From Synechococcus sp. (lineage in GTDB: Bacteria > Cyanobacteriota > Cyanobacteriia > Thermostichales > PCC-7336): a DNA stretch of 18,631 nucleotides. The stretch lies in assembly GCA_051439425.1 (NCBI GenBank), contig JBFRWD010000130.1:1-18631 (forward strand), read 5' to 3'. Below, piece by piece: positions 9,157 to 17,324 of the stretch (positions within the stretch are counted from its first letter, which is position 1; each line of letters begins with the position of its first letter). A program made the position numbers and the translations under genes. The notes beneath the pieces were generated by a model. That model saw nothing but the letters and a program-made list of their open reading frames with translations. It was not told the DNA's origin and did no database searches.

Positions 9157-10815
9157 ATGAGTTGTACAGTCGTCTGGTTCCGGCGAGATCTGAGAATTTT
9201 CGATCATGCTCCCCTATTTCGCGCTACTCAGCGGGGAGCTGTGATTCCAGTCTTTGTATTAGATCGTTCACTGCTATTTCATCCCGAAACTGCAGTGGTC
9301 CGTGTAGCATTCATGCTGGATTGTTTGCGATCGCTTCATCGAGACCTTAGCGATCTCGGCGGTCGATTAATTGTCCGCTATGGTGATCCTGCGGTTGTTT
9401 TACCTAACCTAGTCAGAGCAACCAATGCCGATGGAATTTATTCCTACATCGATTTCGAACGGATATACGGGCGGGTAAGAGATGCCAAACTCAATCGAGC
9501 CCTAGCGAATCAGGATCTAAAGATCCGGTGGTTTGAACCTCCCGGTACAACTCCCGAACTGGTTTCATACCCCACTTATCGAGATCTCTGGTACTCCCAA
9601 ATGCAGGAGCCCCTCATCCCCGCGCCATCAGCCGTTCAGGTACCATCAGCCGTTTGTAGTAATCCCATTCCCACACTTACCGAGCTGGGGATCGTTCACG
9701 ACGGCAAATCTATCCCTGCCGGTGGGAGCAAACCTGCACGGAAACTACTAGAAGAATTTTTGGACGAGAAGTGCGATCGCTATTACTGGCAATTGTCCTA
9801 TCCAGGAGCTGAAGCCACTTCCGGCCTCAGTCCCTATATTAAATTCGGGACGATCTCTGCGCGGGAGTGCTATCAGACCGCGCAGCAAACCCTGAATCAG
9901 CGTACAAATCCAAAAATTCAGCGCAGTCGCAAACAATTTATCTCTCGGTTGCGCTGGGGAAGTGGATTTGCTCAACGATTCCGATATCTGCCTCAACTTG
10001 AGGTGCGATCGCTGTACAACATTTTCGACTCAGAAGAGTGGCAATTTAGCGAGAGCCTATATCGGGCATGGCAGGAGGGGCAAACGGGGTTTCCCATCAT
10101 TGACGCGGCTGCTCGGTGCCTAAGTGCGACAGGGGGCTGGAAGCAAATGAATTTTCGCGTCCGAGCGATCTATGCCAGTTTTCTGACTAACCTCATGGGT
10201 ATGGACTGGCGCTACGGTGCCTTGCACTTCATGCGGCACCTCATCGATGGCGACTGCCCGATCGACCATTACCAGTGGGCAATGCAAGCGGGGGTGACCC
10301 ACTGTATCAACAAAACTTGGACCCGGATTTACAATCCCCAGCAGGTGGCCGTCGATCGCTGCGATCCAAAAGGTACTTTCATTCACCGGTGGGTGCCCGA
10401 AGTGGCCCACTTGCCTCCCGAACAATTGGGGCTTCCTCCGAAGCTACGGAATTATCCGACCCCGATTTTGGATTACAAACACGCTCGCCAACAACGTGTC
10501 CAGCAACTGGAATGCTTGCGCCAAAACCTTCTAAACCAAAAGAACGTCTTGCCCTTTCTTTCCTCATTTCCTGAATCGTTGAAACCATTTGGGGCAGAGC
10601 TCCACACCTGCGACGTTAAATGGTCAGAAGCTACTGAGGTAGAGTTGTTTCCATCCGGTTTGAATGTAGACGAGTTAGGACTCAATGAGGCTAAGCTGCT
10701 TCGCACTTGGTTTGTCGCACATGTCAACATCACGCCTCGCAAAAACAAATCAAGGGCTATCTCTAAAAATTCTTCTCAAGAAACAACAGATTCGCGACAA
10801 CTGAAGTTGTTCTAG
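9157..10815 (+). CDS. Cryptochrome/DNA photolyase family FAD-binding protein with about 100-aa C-terminal extension (552 aa)
   Basis: VVWFRRDLR..DH, TSGLSPYIKFGTISAR, AWQEGQTGFPIIDAA, DWRYG, LIDGD, RIYNP, DPKG.FI.RWVPE and YP.PILD motifs. Confidence 0.92.
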   Translation: MSCTVVWFRRDLRIFDHAPLFRATQRGAVIPVFVLDRSLLFHPETAVVRVAFMLDCLRSLHRDLSDLGGRLIVRYGDPAVVLPNLVRATNADGIYSYIDFERIYGRVRDAKLNRALANQDLKIRWFEPPGTTPELVSYPTYRDLWYSQMQEPLIPAPSAVQVPSAVCSNPIPTLTELGIVHDGKSIPAGGSKPARKLLEEFLDEKCDRYYWQLSYPGAEATSGLSPYIKFGTISARECYQTAQQTLNQRTNPKIQRSRKQFISRLRWGSGFAQRFRYLPQLEVRSLYNIFDSEEWQFSESLYRAWQEGQTGFPIIDAAARCLSATGGWKQMNFRVRAIYASFLTNLMGMDWRYGALHFMRHLIDGDCPIDHYQWAMQAGVTHCINKTWTRIYNPQQVAVDRCDPKGTFIHRWVPEVAHLPPEQLGLPPKLRNYPTPILDYKHARQQRVQQLECLRQNLLNQKNVLPFLSSFPESLKPFGAELHTCDVKWSEATEVELFPSGLNVDELGLNEAKLLRTWFVAHVNITPRKNKSRAISKNSSQETTDSRQLKLF

Positions 10816-10911
10816 GCAACATAGCTTAGAAAGTAACTGATTGAGATTTTGCGACATACCCAGCAAAACTTGCCAAGAAATAACCTCTCCATAAGTAAGA
10901 CTGTCAGCACA

Positions 10912-11343
10912 TTAGGAATAGCGTCCGATAATCTCCGCAAAGCCGGGTACTGCGTCCTCAACATCTCCCTTCAGAGACTTGCGAACCTGTTTGTATGCCG
11001 CTACAACAATCTTGTTTTTCGAATTGGAGACTATTCCATCCGTCATAGTCAAGAGAGCATCTGCTGCTTCAGTTTTGCAGCTTGTGAGGAATTCTACCGG
11101 CGAACCTTGTTCTACACCGGCATCCCACAGAGGCTGAAGAGCATCCAATGCTTGCGGAAGTAGCCTTTGCAGTGCGCGAGTGACATACGTTGGGCCAATG
11201 CCTTTTAAGGCTCGATAAGCCGTCTTGACCGTTATGCCATAAATACCGCTCTTCGCTGCAACCTGTTCGTCAAGAAGCGTTGCACAATCAGCCGCCATAC
11301 TCGCCTTGGTCTCTTCATCCTGAATCGTATCGCTTAGCCTCAT
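10912..11343 (-). CDS. Conserved hypothetical protein, DUF6918-like (143 aa)
   Basis: AGGAGG RBS upstream (around 11354-11359); helical protein with the DC..L.DEQVA.KSG..G...K.AY...K pattern recalled for this family. Confidence 0.75.
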   Translation of the reverse strand: MRLSDTIQDEETKASMAADCATLLDEQVAAKSGIYGITVKTAYRALKGIGPTYVTRALQRLLPQALDALQPLWDAGVEQGSPVEFLTSCKTEAADALLTMTDGIVSNSKNKIVVAAYKQVRKSLKGDVEDAVPGFAEIIGRYS

Positions 11344-11977
11344 ATCTCTGGACCTCCTGCGAGCTACAGACAGCTTGCCCCAGGAGGTGTCGCTATCTAC
11401 CTATCTTGAATAGATCATGATGTGTCATTAATCAAGCTTGATTTAAACCAGGAGGGGCATGTCATTTGCATGCATCGGGCACGGTTCAGCTCAACACTAC
11501 ATTGCGACCATTGCTGTTAACGCGAGAGCAAGTGGTAGGTGCCGAACAAGCAGATTGGTTCGGCATGATATTTTCTACTCATCAATCCAGTCACGCTCTA
11601 TTTTGATCGATCGAATAGAACGATCTTAGGCTGCAACTCATTTCCCTCTACGTATATTTTCATTATATTTTTTGCTGTCGATTAAAGTCAGAAATAGGGT
11701 CTGCTTCAGCCCGCCAGACCGTTAATGCAGCTGCAGCGATCGAACCCCATATGCATGCTGTTCTCAAGCTTTGAAAATAGACAAATTATGCAAAGGAGTT
11801 TACAAAAATGATTGGGTTGCTAGGAACATCAATCCTGAAAGAAAACGATTACGCAGCACGATTACGCTGACGGACTCCTACATTGACTCATTCGAGTATG
11901 TACTTATTCGAAATGAAAAATCTAGGTTACCAAATCACTCGATTCAACAGGTTGGTGAGGGCTATCGAACTTACAGG

Positions 11978-12358
11978 TTAGTTCACTATCTGTTTACGCC
12001 TGGGCAAGGGATAGTAGCTTAGTAGTGGTTTGATCGTCCGATCCCAATTGTTTAGGTTTCGGTATATCGCAATATTCTGCTTGACCAGACGAATGTGTTC
12101 CTTGATTGTCTCTTGAGTAAATCCTGCTGCTCGAATAAACACACTGAACTGGTCATTTTCTTCAATAATGAGGGGGACACCGGCTATTTGTGAATAGAAC
12201 GAAAAGTAATTCTTAGCTAGCTTGCGAACCATTTTGAGGTCATCTATGTTTGATAGGATCTCGTACCAGTCTGCATCTAGATATAGTATTTTCTTGATCG
12301 AGTTGGCATCTTCCGGACACAATAGCTGCCAATCTGAAGAGGAGGCTAGGATATACAT
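11978..12358 (-). CDS. Hypothetical protein (126 aa)
   Basis: ATG-initiated ORF in an AT-rich stretch with protein-like composition; no recognisable motif. Confidence 0.45.
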   Translation of the reverse strand: MYILASSSDWQLLCPEDANSIKKILYLDADWYEILSNIDDLKMVRKLAKNYFSFYSQIAGVPLIIEENDQFSVFIRAAGFTQETIKEHIRLVKQNIAIYRNLNNWDRTIKPLLSYYPLPRRKQIVN

Positions 12359-12863
12359 GTCAATGCAAGGTGCTAGTCTTTAAGTACTAACATTATTCCC
12401 CGAGGTTCATCATCAATTATCATGCCTAGTGTCTTGACTACAGTTTAATCCTTATCTTCATAAAAAAGTTACTTTCTTGTTGGCTATTATGTGTATCCAG
12501 CATCCAGAAGATATCTGTAAACGATGAGTAGTATCCAGGTTGCAATGTTCCCGCTTTGGAGATTTTAGATGAGTTTGCTGATGAGCGACTGTCTCATATC
12601 ACACTGCGTGGGCCAGGGAAAAAACCGATATATCTGTGACAAAGTATCGTTCACGAGTATGGCTATTTCTGCAGTTTGATTTAAATTCGACTCACAATTT
12701 TTATAGCTCTCAGGGCTTCACAGTACTGTCGTGTTCCGATCAACGATTGCTGTTAGCATTCAGTCTTAGCAAGCATTTACGTGAATATTACTTCTAAGAA
12801 TAAAGCCAACAATCTCACTGTAGGTAAAAACGCTGGTATTCCTTTTTTAATATCTAATGTAGA

Positions 12864-13400
12864 TTACAGCCTCCAAAGATAGATGGGATAAGTATTGATG
12901 GCATCGGAAGCTTGGCTAGTTGCGTCCGGTTGCCAATCTCCCATATGAAATGAATGACTAAGAATGCGAGTGCCTGGTGCTAGTTGCGAGCGTAGTTTTT
13001 CTTTCAGCTTGAGATTTGAATCGGGCAGCAGGTAAAGCGTGACCACAGTGGCAAATGAGATGTCAGCAGTTAGTAAGTCCTGCTGTTTGAATGAAACCAA
13101 TTGCTCTAAGCCCATGGATTTTGAGCGATCGCGAGCAACACTAATGCAATCGGGATCGATATCGATGCCAACTCCCTTTGCTCCATACCGCTCGGCGGCT
13201 GTTAATACAATACGTCCATCACCACAACCCAGGTCGTACACCACATCATTTGATGTCACATTGGCCAATTTCAACATGGCCTCTATCACAACGGGCATCG
13301 TGCGCACGTAGGGGGCCAAATTGTTTGTAGATGGTTTTGAAGAGGGTTGAAAGCCTTTGGGGGGCACAGGGGGTCTCCAAGCTGGGGTGGCAGGCGGCAA
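12864..13400 (-). CDS. Class I SAM-dependent methyltransferase
   Basis: APYV.T...VIEAMLKLA, motif I VYDLGCGDGR, GVGIDID, ATVVTLYL and PGTRILSHSF. Start uncertain (TTG at 13400, Pro-rich leader). Confidence 0.9.
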   Translation of the reverse strand: MPPATPAWRPPVPPKGFQPSSKPSTNNLAPYVRTMPVVIEAMLKLANVTSNDVVYDLGCGDGRIVLTAAERYGAKGVGIDIDPDCISVARDRSKSMGLEQLVSFKQQDLLTADISFATVVTLYLLPDSNLKLKEKLRSQLAPGTRILSHSFHMGDWQPDATSQASDAINTYPIYLWRL

Positions 13401-13401
13401 T

Positions 13402-13545
13402 CTAAGGAAAACAATCGTCTAGAACGGTACGGTATCGGGGAGAGACGCGATCGCACAACCAGACGCCATTATCGCTGCGATAAAACAATTGCCCATCTCG
13501 ATCCATAGCAGCTGCGTCAACTTCGAGGATAACGGGTTTTATCAC
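13402..13545 (-). pseudogene. kptA: C-terminal remnant of RNA 2'-phosphotransferase (KptA/Tpt1)
   Basis: [36 protein letters not shown] matches the KptA C-terminal signature. The upstream catalytic Arg/His motifs are absent. Confidence 0.75.
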
Positions 13546-13691
13546 GTTAGCCTTTCTAGGTAGTCTGAGCTGGAAGCGAGTTTGACAAAGTCGAGAAAAC
13601 CTATTGGCAAAAGTAGGCAACGAGGTGAAAAATCCCCCCAAGGAAGTCGTGTTATGTTAACAATTATGAACAGCCGTTTCTGAACGTATTC

Positions 13692-14168
13692 ATGAGTATT
13701 TACGACTACACCGTAACCACCATTGATGGCGAATCCAAATCGATGGGCGAGTTTCGCGATCGCGCTCTGCTAATCGTCAACGTTGCTAGCAAGTGCGGCT
13801 TCACCCCTCAGTACAAAGGACTAGAGTCGCTGTACCGCAAGTATAAAGACCAAGGCTTTGAGATTCTGGGTTTCCCTTGCAATCAGTTTGGTTCTCAAGA
13901 GCCTGGGACTGAAACGGACATTAAAGAGTTTTGCTCTACCACTTACGATGTCACCTTCCCCATGTTCTCGAAGGTGGATGTGAATGGCGGCAAAGCCGAT
14001 CCTCTGTATCAATACCTCAAGTCCGAGCAGAAAGGGTTACTGGGCACTGAAGCCATCAAGTGGAATTTCACCAAGTTTTTGGTTGATAAGTCTGGCAAGG
14101 TTGTGAAGCGCTATGGTTCGAATGACAGCCCTGAAAAGTTGGACAAGGAGGTAGCAAACGTTCTCTAA
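13692..14168 (+). CDS. gpx: Glutathione peroxidase family protein (Cys type, probably thioredoxin-dependent)
   Basis: NVASKCGFTPQY, GFPCNQFGSQEP, resolving Cys in EFC, and IKWNFTKFLV. Confidence 0.97.
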   Translation: MSIYDYTVTTIDGESKSMGEFRDRALLIVNVASKCGFTPQYKGLESLYRKYKDQGFEILGFPCNQFGSQEPGTETDIKEFCSTTYDVTFPMFSKVDVNGGKADPLYQYLKSEQKGLLGTEAIKWNFTKFLVDKSGKVVKRYGSNDSPEKLDKEVANVL

Positions 14169-14489
14169 GTCCATCAAGCCATAGCTGTTTGGGTGACTTC
14201 GTCAAGATGTTATCGATCGGCGGTCGTCCAAGACGAGCTTCGTGACATTAAGCCGATCTCAAGACAGTAGAGTCAGAAACCAGCGATTTCCTCTCTGCTG
14301 TTGCGCAGCTGCGGATATAAAGGCGATCGAGCTCCAGGTTTGGAAGCACGATCGCCGTTTAATGGCTCCAACATGACCGTAGGAATGGACTTGTCAGAGT
14401 TTGCCATGACTGGCTCATTCGCCCACCAGGGTGCGCGAGTCTTCGCTATGGGTGCCTAGTTCTATGCGAGCCAGTGCTAACCCGTACAT

Positions 14490-14529
14490 AAAAAAACTGT
14501 ACGATGCCACCACAGTGGCGATCGCACAG
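14490..14529 (-). terminator. Rho-independent terminator of cyAbrB
   Basis: Minus strand CTGTGCGATCGCCAC-tgtg-GTGGCATCGTACAG followed by T7. Confidence 0.75.
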
Positions 14530-14553
14530 ATCGAAAACAACTTTAGATTTTGC

Positions 14554-14907
14554 TCAGTCAACTCGCGTCAGTGCAATTTGCTTTTTGCCTAACTTAATTT
14601 CAAATTCATCACCTGGTTCCAATCCCATTTCATTGGTGTAAGCAGCACCAATCAACAGGTTGCCGTTCTTGTGAACCGAGACTCGGTAGGTGGCGGACCG
14701 GCCCCTTCCACCTCCTTTCGATTCCACATCAAAGTTCATTCCTTCGGCTTCGAGCAGAGCGTTATAGAACGCCATCAGGCTAATTCGTTCCTGACCGTTC
14801 TTGGTGCTGGTCACGTACCCGCAGGCTCTAGCGATATCTTTCTTGTTAGCGCCCTTCATTTGGGACACTTTATCTTGCAGTTTCTTCCCGGTTAATGCTT
14901 CAGCCAT
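14554..14907 (-). CDS. abrB: Cyanobacterial AbrB-like transcriptional regulator (cyAbrB)
   Basis: LTG..L..KV, ARACGY, FYNALLEA.G and YRVSVHKNGNLLIGAAYT..MGLEPGDEFEIKLG.K.I.L signature. Confidence 0.95.
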   Translation of the reverse strand: MAEALTGKKLQDKVSQMKGANKKDIARACGYVTSTKNGQERISLMAFYNALLEAEGMNFDVESKGGGRGRSATYRVSVHKNGNLLIGAAYTNEMGLEPGDEFEIKLGKKQIALTRVD

Positions 14908-15012
14908 GTTTCAACAATACAACTGTGACTATTGATAACAGTATCTCCAATATTCATGGCTGTTGGCAAGTCGTAATACCAATTTCTATCTATAGATAAT
15001 TATCAGCGATTC

Positions 15013-16437
15013 CTAGAAGCATTTACCAGCAGGGTTGCTCGTATTTGAAATCACTTTCATCATCTCGTTGGCTGCCATTGTGCGAGCAGTTGATTTACTC
15101 TGGCCCAGTCCAAAAGCAGAATGCTCTTGCCAAACGAGTTGGCACTGCCATTCAGTACCTTCACCGCTATAGCGATAGGTTGCTTCACCAAATCCCAATT
15201 GCCCCATTGAATTGATAACGCTAATGCTATTCAACATGGGCTGATTTTCTAACACCGCCCCCAGCACCCGGTCTTTCACCTCAGCCTCAAATTTTCCATT
15301 CATCACCACAGCGGCATGACGGGGGGTGAATTTATCTTCGGCCATCCAGCAATGCAATTGCTCTAGCAATGGGACGCTAGCGTCTCCTGACTCTGCAGCT
15401 TGTTCCAACAACCCTGAAAACTGGTTCGAGGTCAGATTAGTGAGTGCGATTGGTGTCTGCAACGTCTTCTCGCGGCGGGCGATCGTTTTCTCCCGCTGCA
15501 TCGCTTCGTAGGCCACCACGCGATCCGCAATCCGCTCGCACAATCCCTTCAAGATAAGGGGATTCCAGACCGATTTCCCTCTGTCCATGGCAGCCACCAA
15601 CTGCTGCTGATTGATTAAGTCTTCCACCCGTCTGAGGGGGCTACTGGTACGGGCATAGCCCGACAGTTTTAGCGCCCAGTGAGGGCCAACCTTGGGTCGG
15701 TGTTCGGCTCTGGGCAAACAATGGGAAATTAATGGTGCCAACACCTGCGGGTCATCTCCCATCTTCTGAACCAACTCTTTGATGTCCTCCACCTTGAGCA
15801 CGTCCTGCACTCGATACATGCCGGGCATCTTGGCTTTGGAGAGTGTTTTAGCCGCCAGTGCGTTGTAAGCAATCGCGGTGGAGGCAATTAGTTGATGGCT
15901 GCCGGAGACCACCTGTCCGATATCGTTGCGGAATTCGCCTACAACGGCCTTACCCCATATGCCCTGCCGCCCGCGATCGAGCCACATTGCCGCCTTGGAT
16001 AGCATCTGTAATTGGTCGGCAAATTGGCTCGTTTCAGTACCGGCCAAAATCCGGTCAGCTTGCTCGTAGCTGAATCGAGCTTGCGAAGCCAATCGGGCTC
16101 GGTGAAACGAATAGTCGCAGATGGTTCCATCCGGTTGCAGCAGAATTTGCAAGGCGATCGCCGGTCGTTCTTTCAGGGGTAGCAGGGAATGCGCTTCGGT
16201 CAATTCGGCTGACAGCATCGGTTGGGTGCAGCGACTGCCTCGATAGCGAGATTCCAACCATACCAATGCGTGCTGCATGGGGTCGGAGAAAGGGGCCACA
16301 CTATTGGAAACGGCCGCAATTGAGATCCACAGTCGCAACTGCTCGCCTTCATCCACCACCCACACCGCATCATCGAGGTCTTTCGAACTCTCTCCATCAA
16401 TAGTGATTCCTAGCAGATCGATCAATTCGCACCTCAA
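15013..16437 (-). CDS. RNB-domain (RNase II/R family) exoribonuclease with C-terminal dsRBD-like domain (474 aa)
   Basis: TIDGESSKDLDDA (four catalytic Asp), SHQLI...AIAYN, YRVQ, HWAL...Y...SSPLRR..D..NQ. TTG start with AAGGA RBS and an in-frame TGA just upstream. Confidence 0.85.
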   Translation of the reverse strand: MRCELIDLLGITIDGESSKDLDDAVWVVDEGEQLRLWISIAAVSNSVAPFSDPMQHALVWLESRYRGSRCTQPMLSAELTEAHSLLPLKERPAIALQILLQPDGTICDYSFHRARLASQARFSYEQADRILAGTETSQFADQLQMLSKAAMWLDRGRQGIWGKAVVGEFRNDIGQVVSGSHQLIASTAIAYNALAAKTLSKAKMPGMYRVQDVLKVEDIKELVQKMGDDPQVLAPLISHCLPRAEHRPKVGPHWALKLSGYARTSSPLRRVEDLINQQQLVAAMDRGKSVWNPLILKGLCERIADRVVAYEAMQREKTIARREKTLQTPIALTNLTSNQFSGLLEQAAESGDASVPLLEQLHCWMAEDKFTPRHAAVVMNGKFEAEVKDRVLGAVLENQPMLNSISVINSMGQLGFGEATYRYSGEGTEWQCQLVWQEHSAFGLGQSKSTARTMAANEMMKVISNTSNPAGKCF

Positions 16438-16925
16438 ATAGGGTTTTTCCTTTCAGCTTGGACCAAGCTGTCCGAACGCAGTCAGATCAGGGGGAAGCGT
16501 AGCTAACGCAGTGGTATCGCTACTGCTAGAACAACACCCGCTACACCTCACATGAGACGATACGATGCCTTATCTCCAATTATTTGGGATTGCTATAGGA
16601 TTGTTAACTTTGTGCCTGAACAAAAAAATAGTGCTGAGTTTTGCTAAATCCAATCAACTTGACGATATCAACAGGGCTGCCACTCAAACTATTTGTAAGG
16701 AAAGTCCTCTTGAGTTATTTTGAAGCTATAAAATTAAAGCTGTATTAGCGGTGTTGAAAGCCATATTAATCTAGGCAATACGTTCGAGCCATAGACGGCT
16801 CATCTTAACTCAACTAGTATATTGCCCCTTTTTTGTAGTGGTTCGCATGGCTGATTTTTAGAGAAGAAAACGGTATCGCGTTCAATCTCACCCTCAATTC
16901 TGCTTGTTTCGAGGAAGTACCGACC

Positions 16926-17270
16926 ATGACTAGCAAAGATGAATCAAAAGCTGGCTTGGCAACCTACGATCGCGGAGGAGCCTTGGGGTTGCGCCCTATT
17001 GCACCGGCCCGATTGCATATTGTGTCAACGTTTATGGGCAATCGTCCCGTCGTGGACACTGGCCTGAAAGTTGCATCTACTTACGGACACGGCCGCCCGA
17101 TCGAAGCGGGTCCGATAAAAGTAGCAGAAACATTTGGCAACAATCGTCCCGTTATGGCCAGCACCCACAAGGTTGTGGGCACATACATGGGCAATCGACC
17201 GATTATGTCCAGCGGCCTCAATATTGCGGGTACCTACCTTCCCGGTGGGCTATTTCACGGGGAAGGTTAG
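16926..17270 (+). CDS. Hypothetical 17-aa tandem-repeat protein (114 aa)
   Basis: GAGGA RBS at 16911-16915; five in-register 17-aa repeats with an RP[IV] core. Confidence 0.85.
   Translation: MTSKDESKAGLATYDRGGALGLRPIAPARLHIVSTFMGNRPVVDTGLKVASTYGHGRPIEAGPIKVAETFGNNRPVMASTHKVVGTYMGNRPIMSSGLNIAGTYLPGGLFHGEG
16986..17240 (+). repeat. Five degenerate 51-bp (17-codon) coding tandem repeats
   Basis: GLRPIAPARLHIVSTFM / GNRPVVDTGLKVASTYG / HGRPIEAGPIKVAETFG / NNRPVMASTHKVVGTYM / GNRPIMSSGLNIAGTYL. Confidence 0.85.
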
Positions 17271-17324
17271 CGGGATTCTCCCTCTCGCCACAGTTATCCT
17301 GGCAGTTTTGCAAATTCTTTTGAG

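Larger units (their letters stand above)
741..16161. repeat. Dispersed HIP1 octamers (GCGATCGC)
   Basis: Seen at 741, 3954, 5873, 6080, 9327, 9773, 10005, 13125, 13447, 13756, 14518 and 16154, far above the less than one expected by chance; typical of cyanobacteria. Confidence 0.9.

Noticed and set aside
11459..11629. 56-aa plus-strand ORF after AGGAGG
   Set aside because: RBS spacing is only 3 nt and the product has no recognisable features.
11771..12022. 83-aa plus-strand ORF
   Set aside because: TTG start without an RBS, overlaps the convergent 126-aa ORF, and has no motif.
2634..16400. Many antisense or nested ORF-track ORFs inside clpC, SDR, cry, gpx, abrB and RNB genes
   Set aside because: Shadow frames of well-supported genes.
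16986..17240. Possible CRISPR array
   Set aside because: The repeats are contiguous, degenerate at codon level and coding; no spacers or cas genes.
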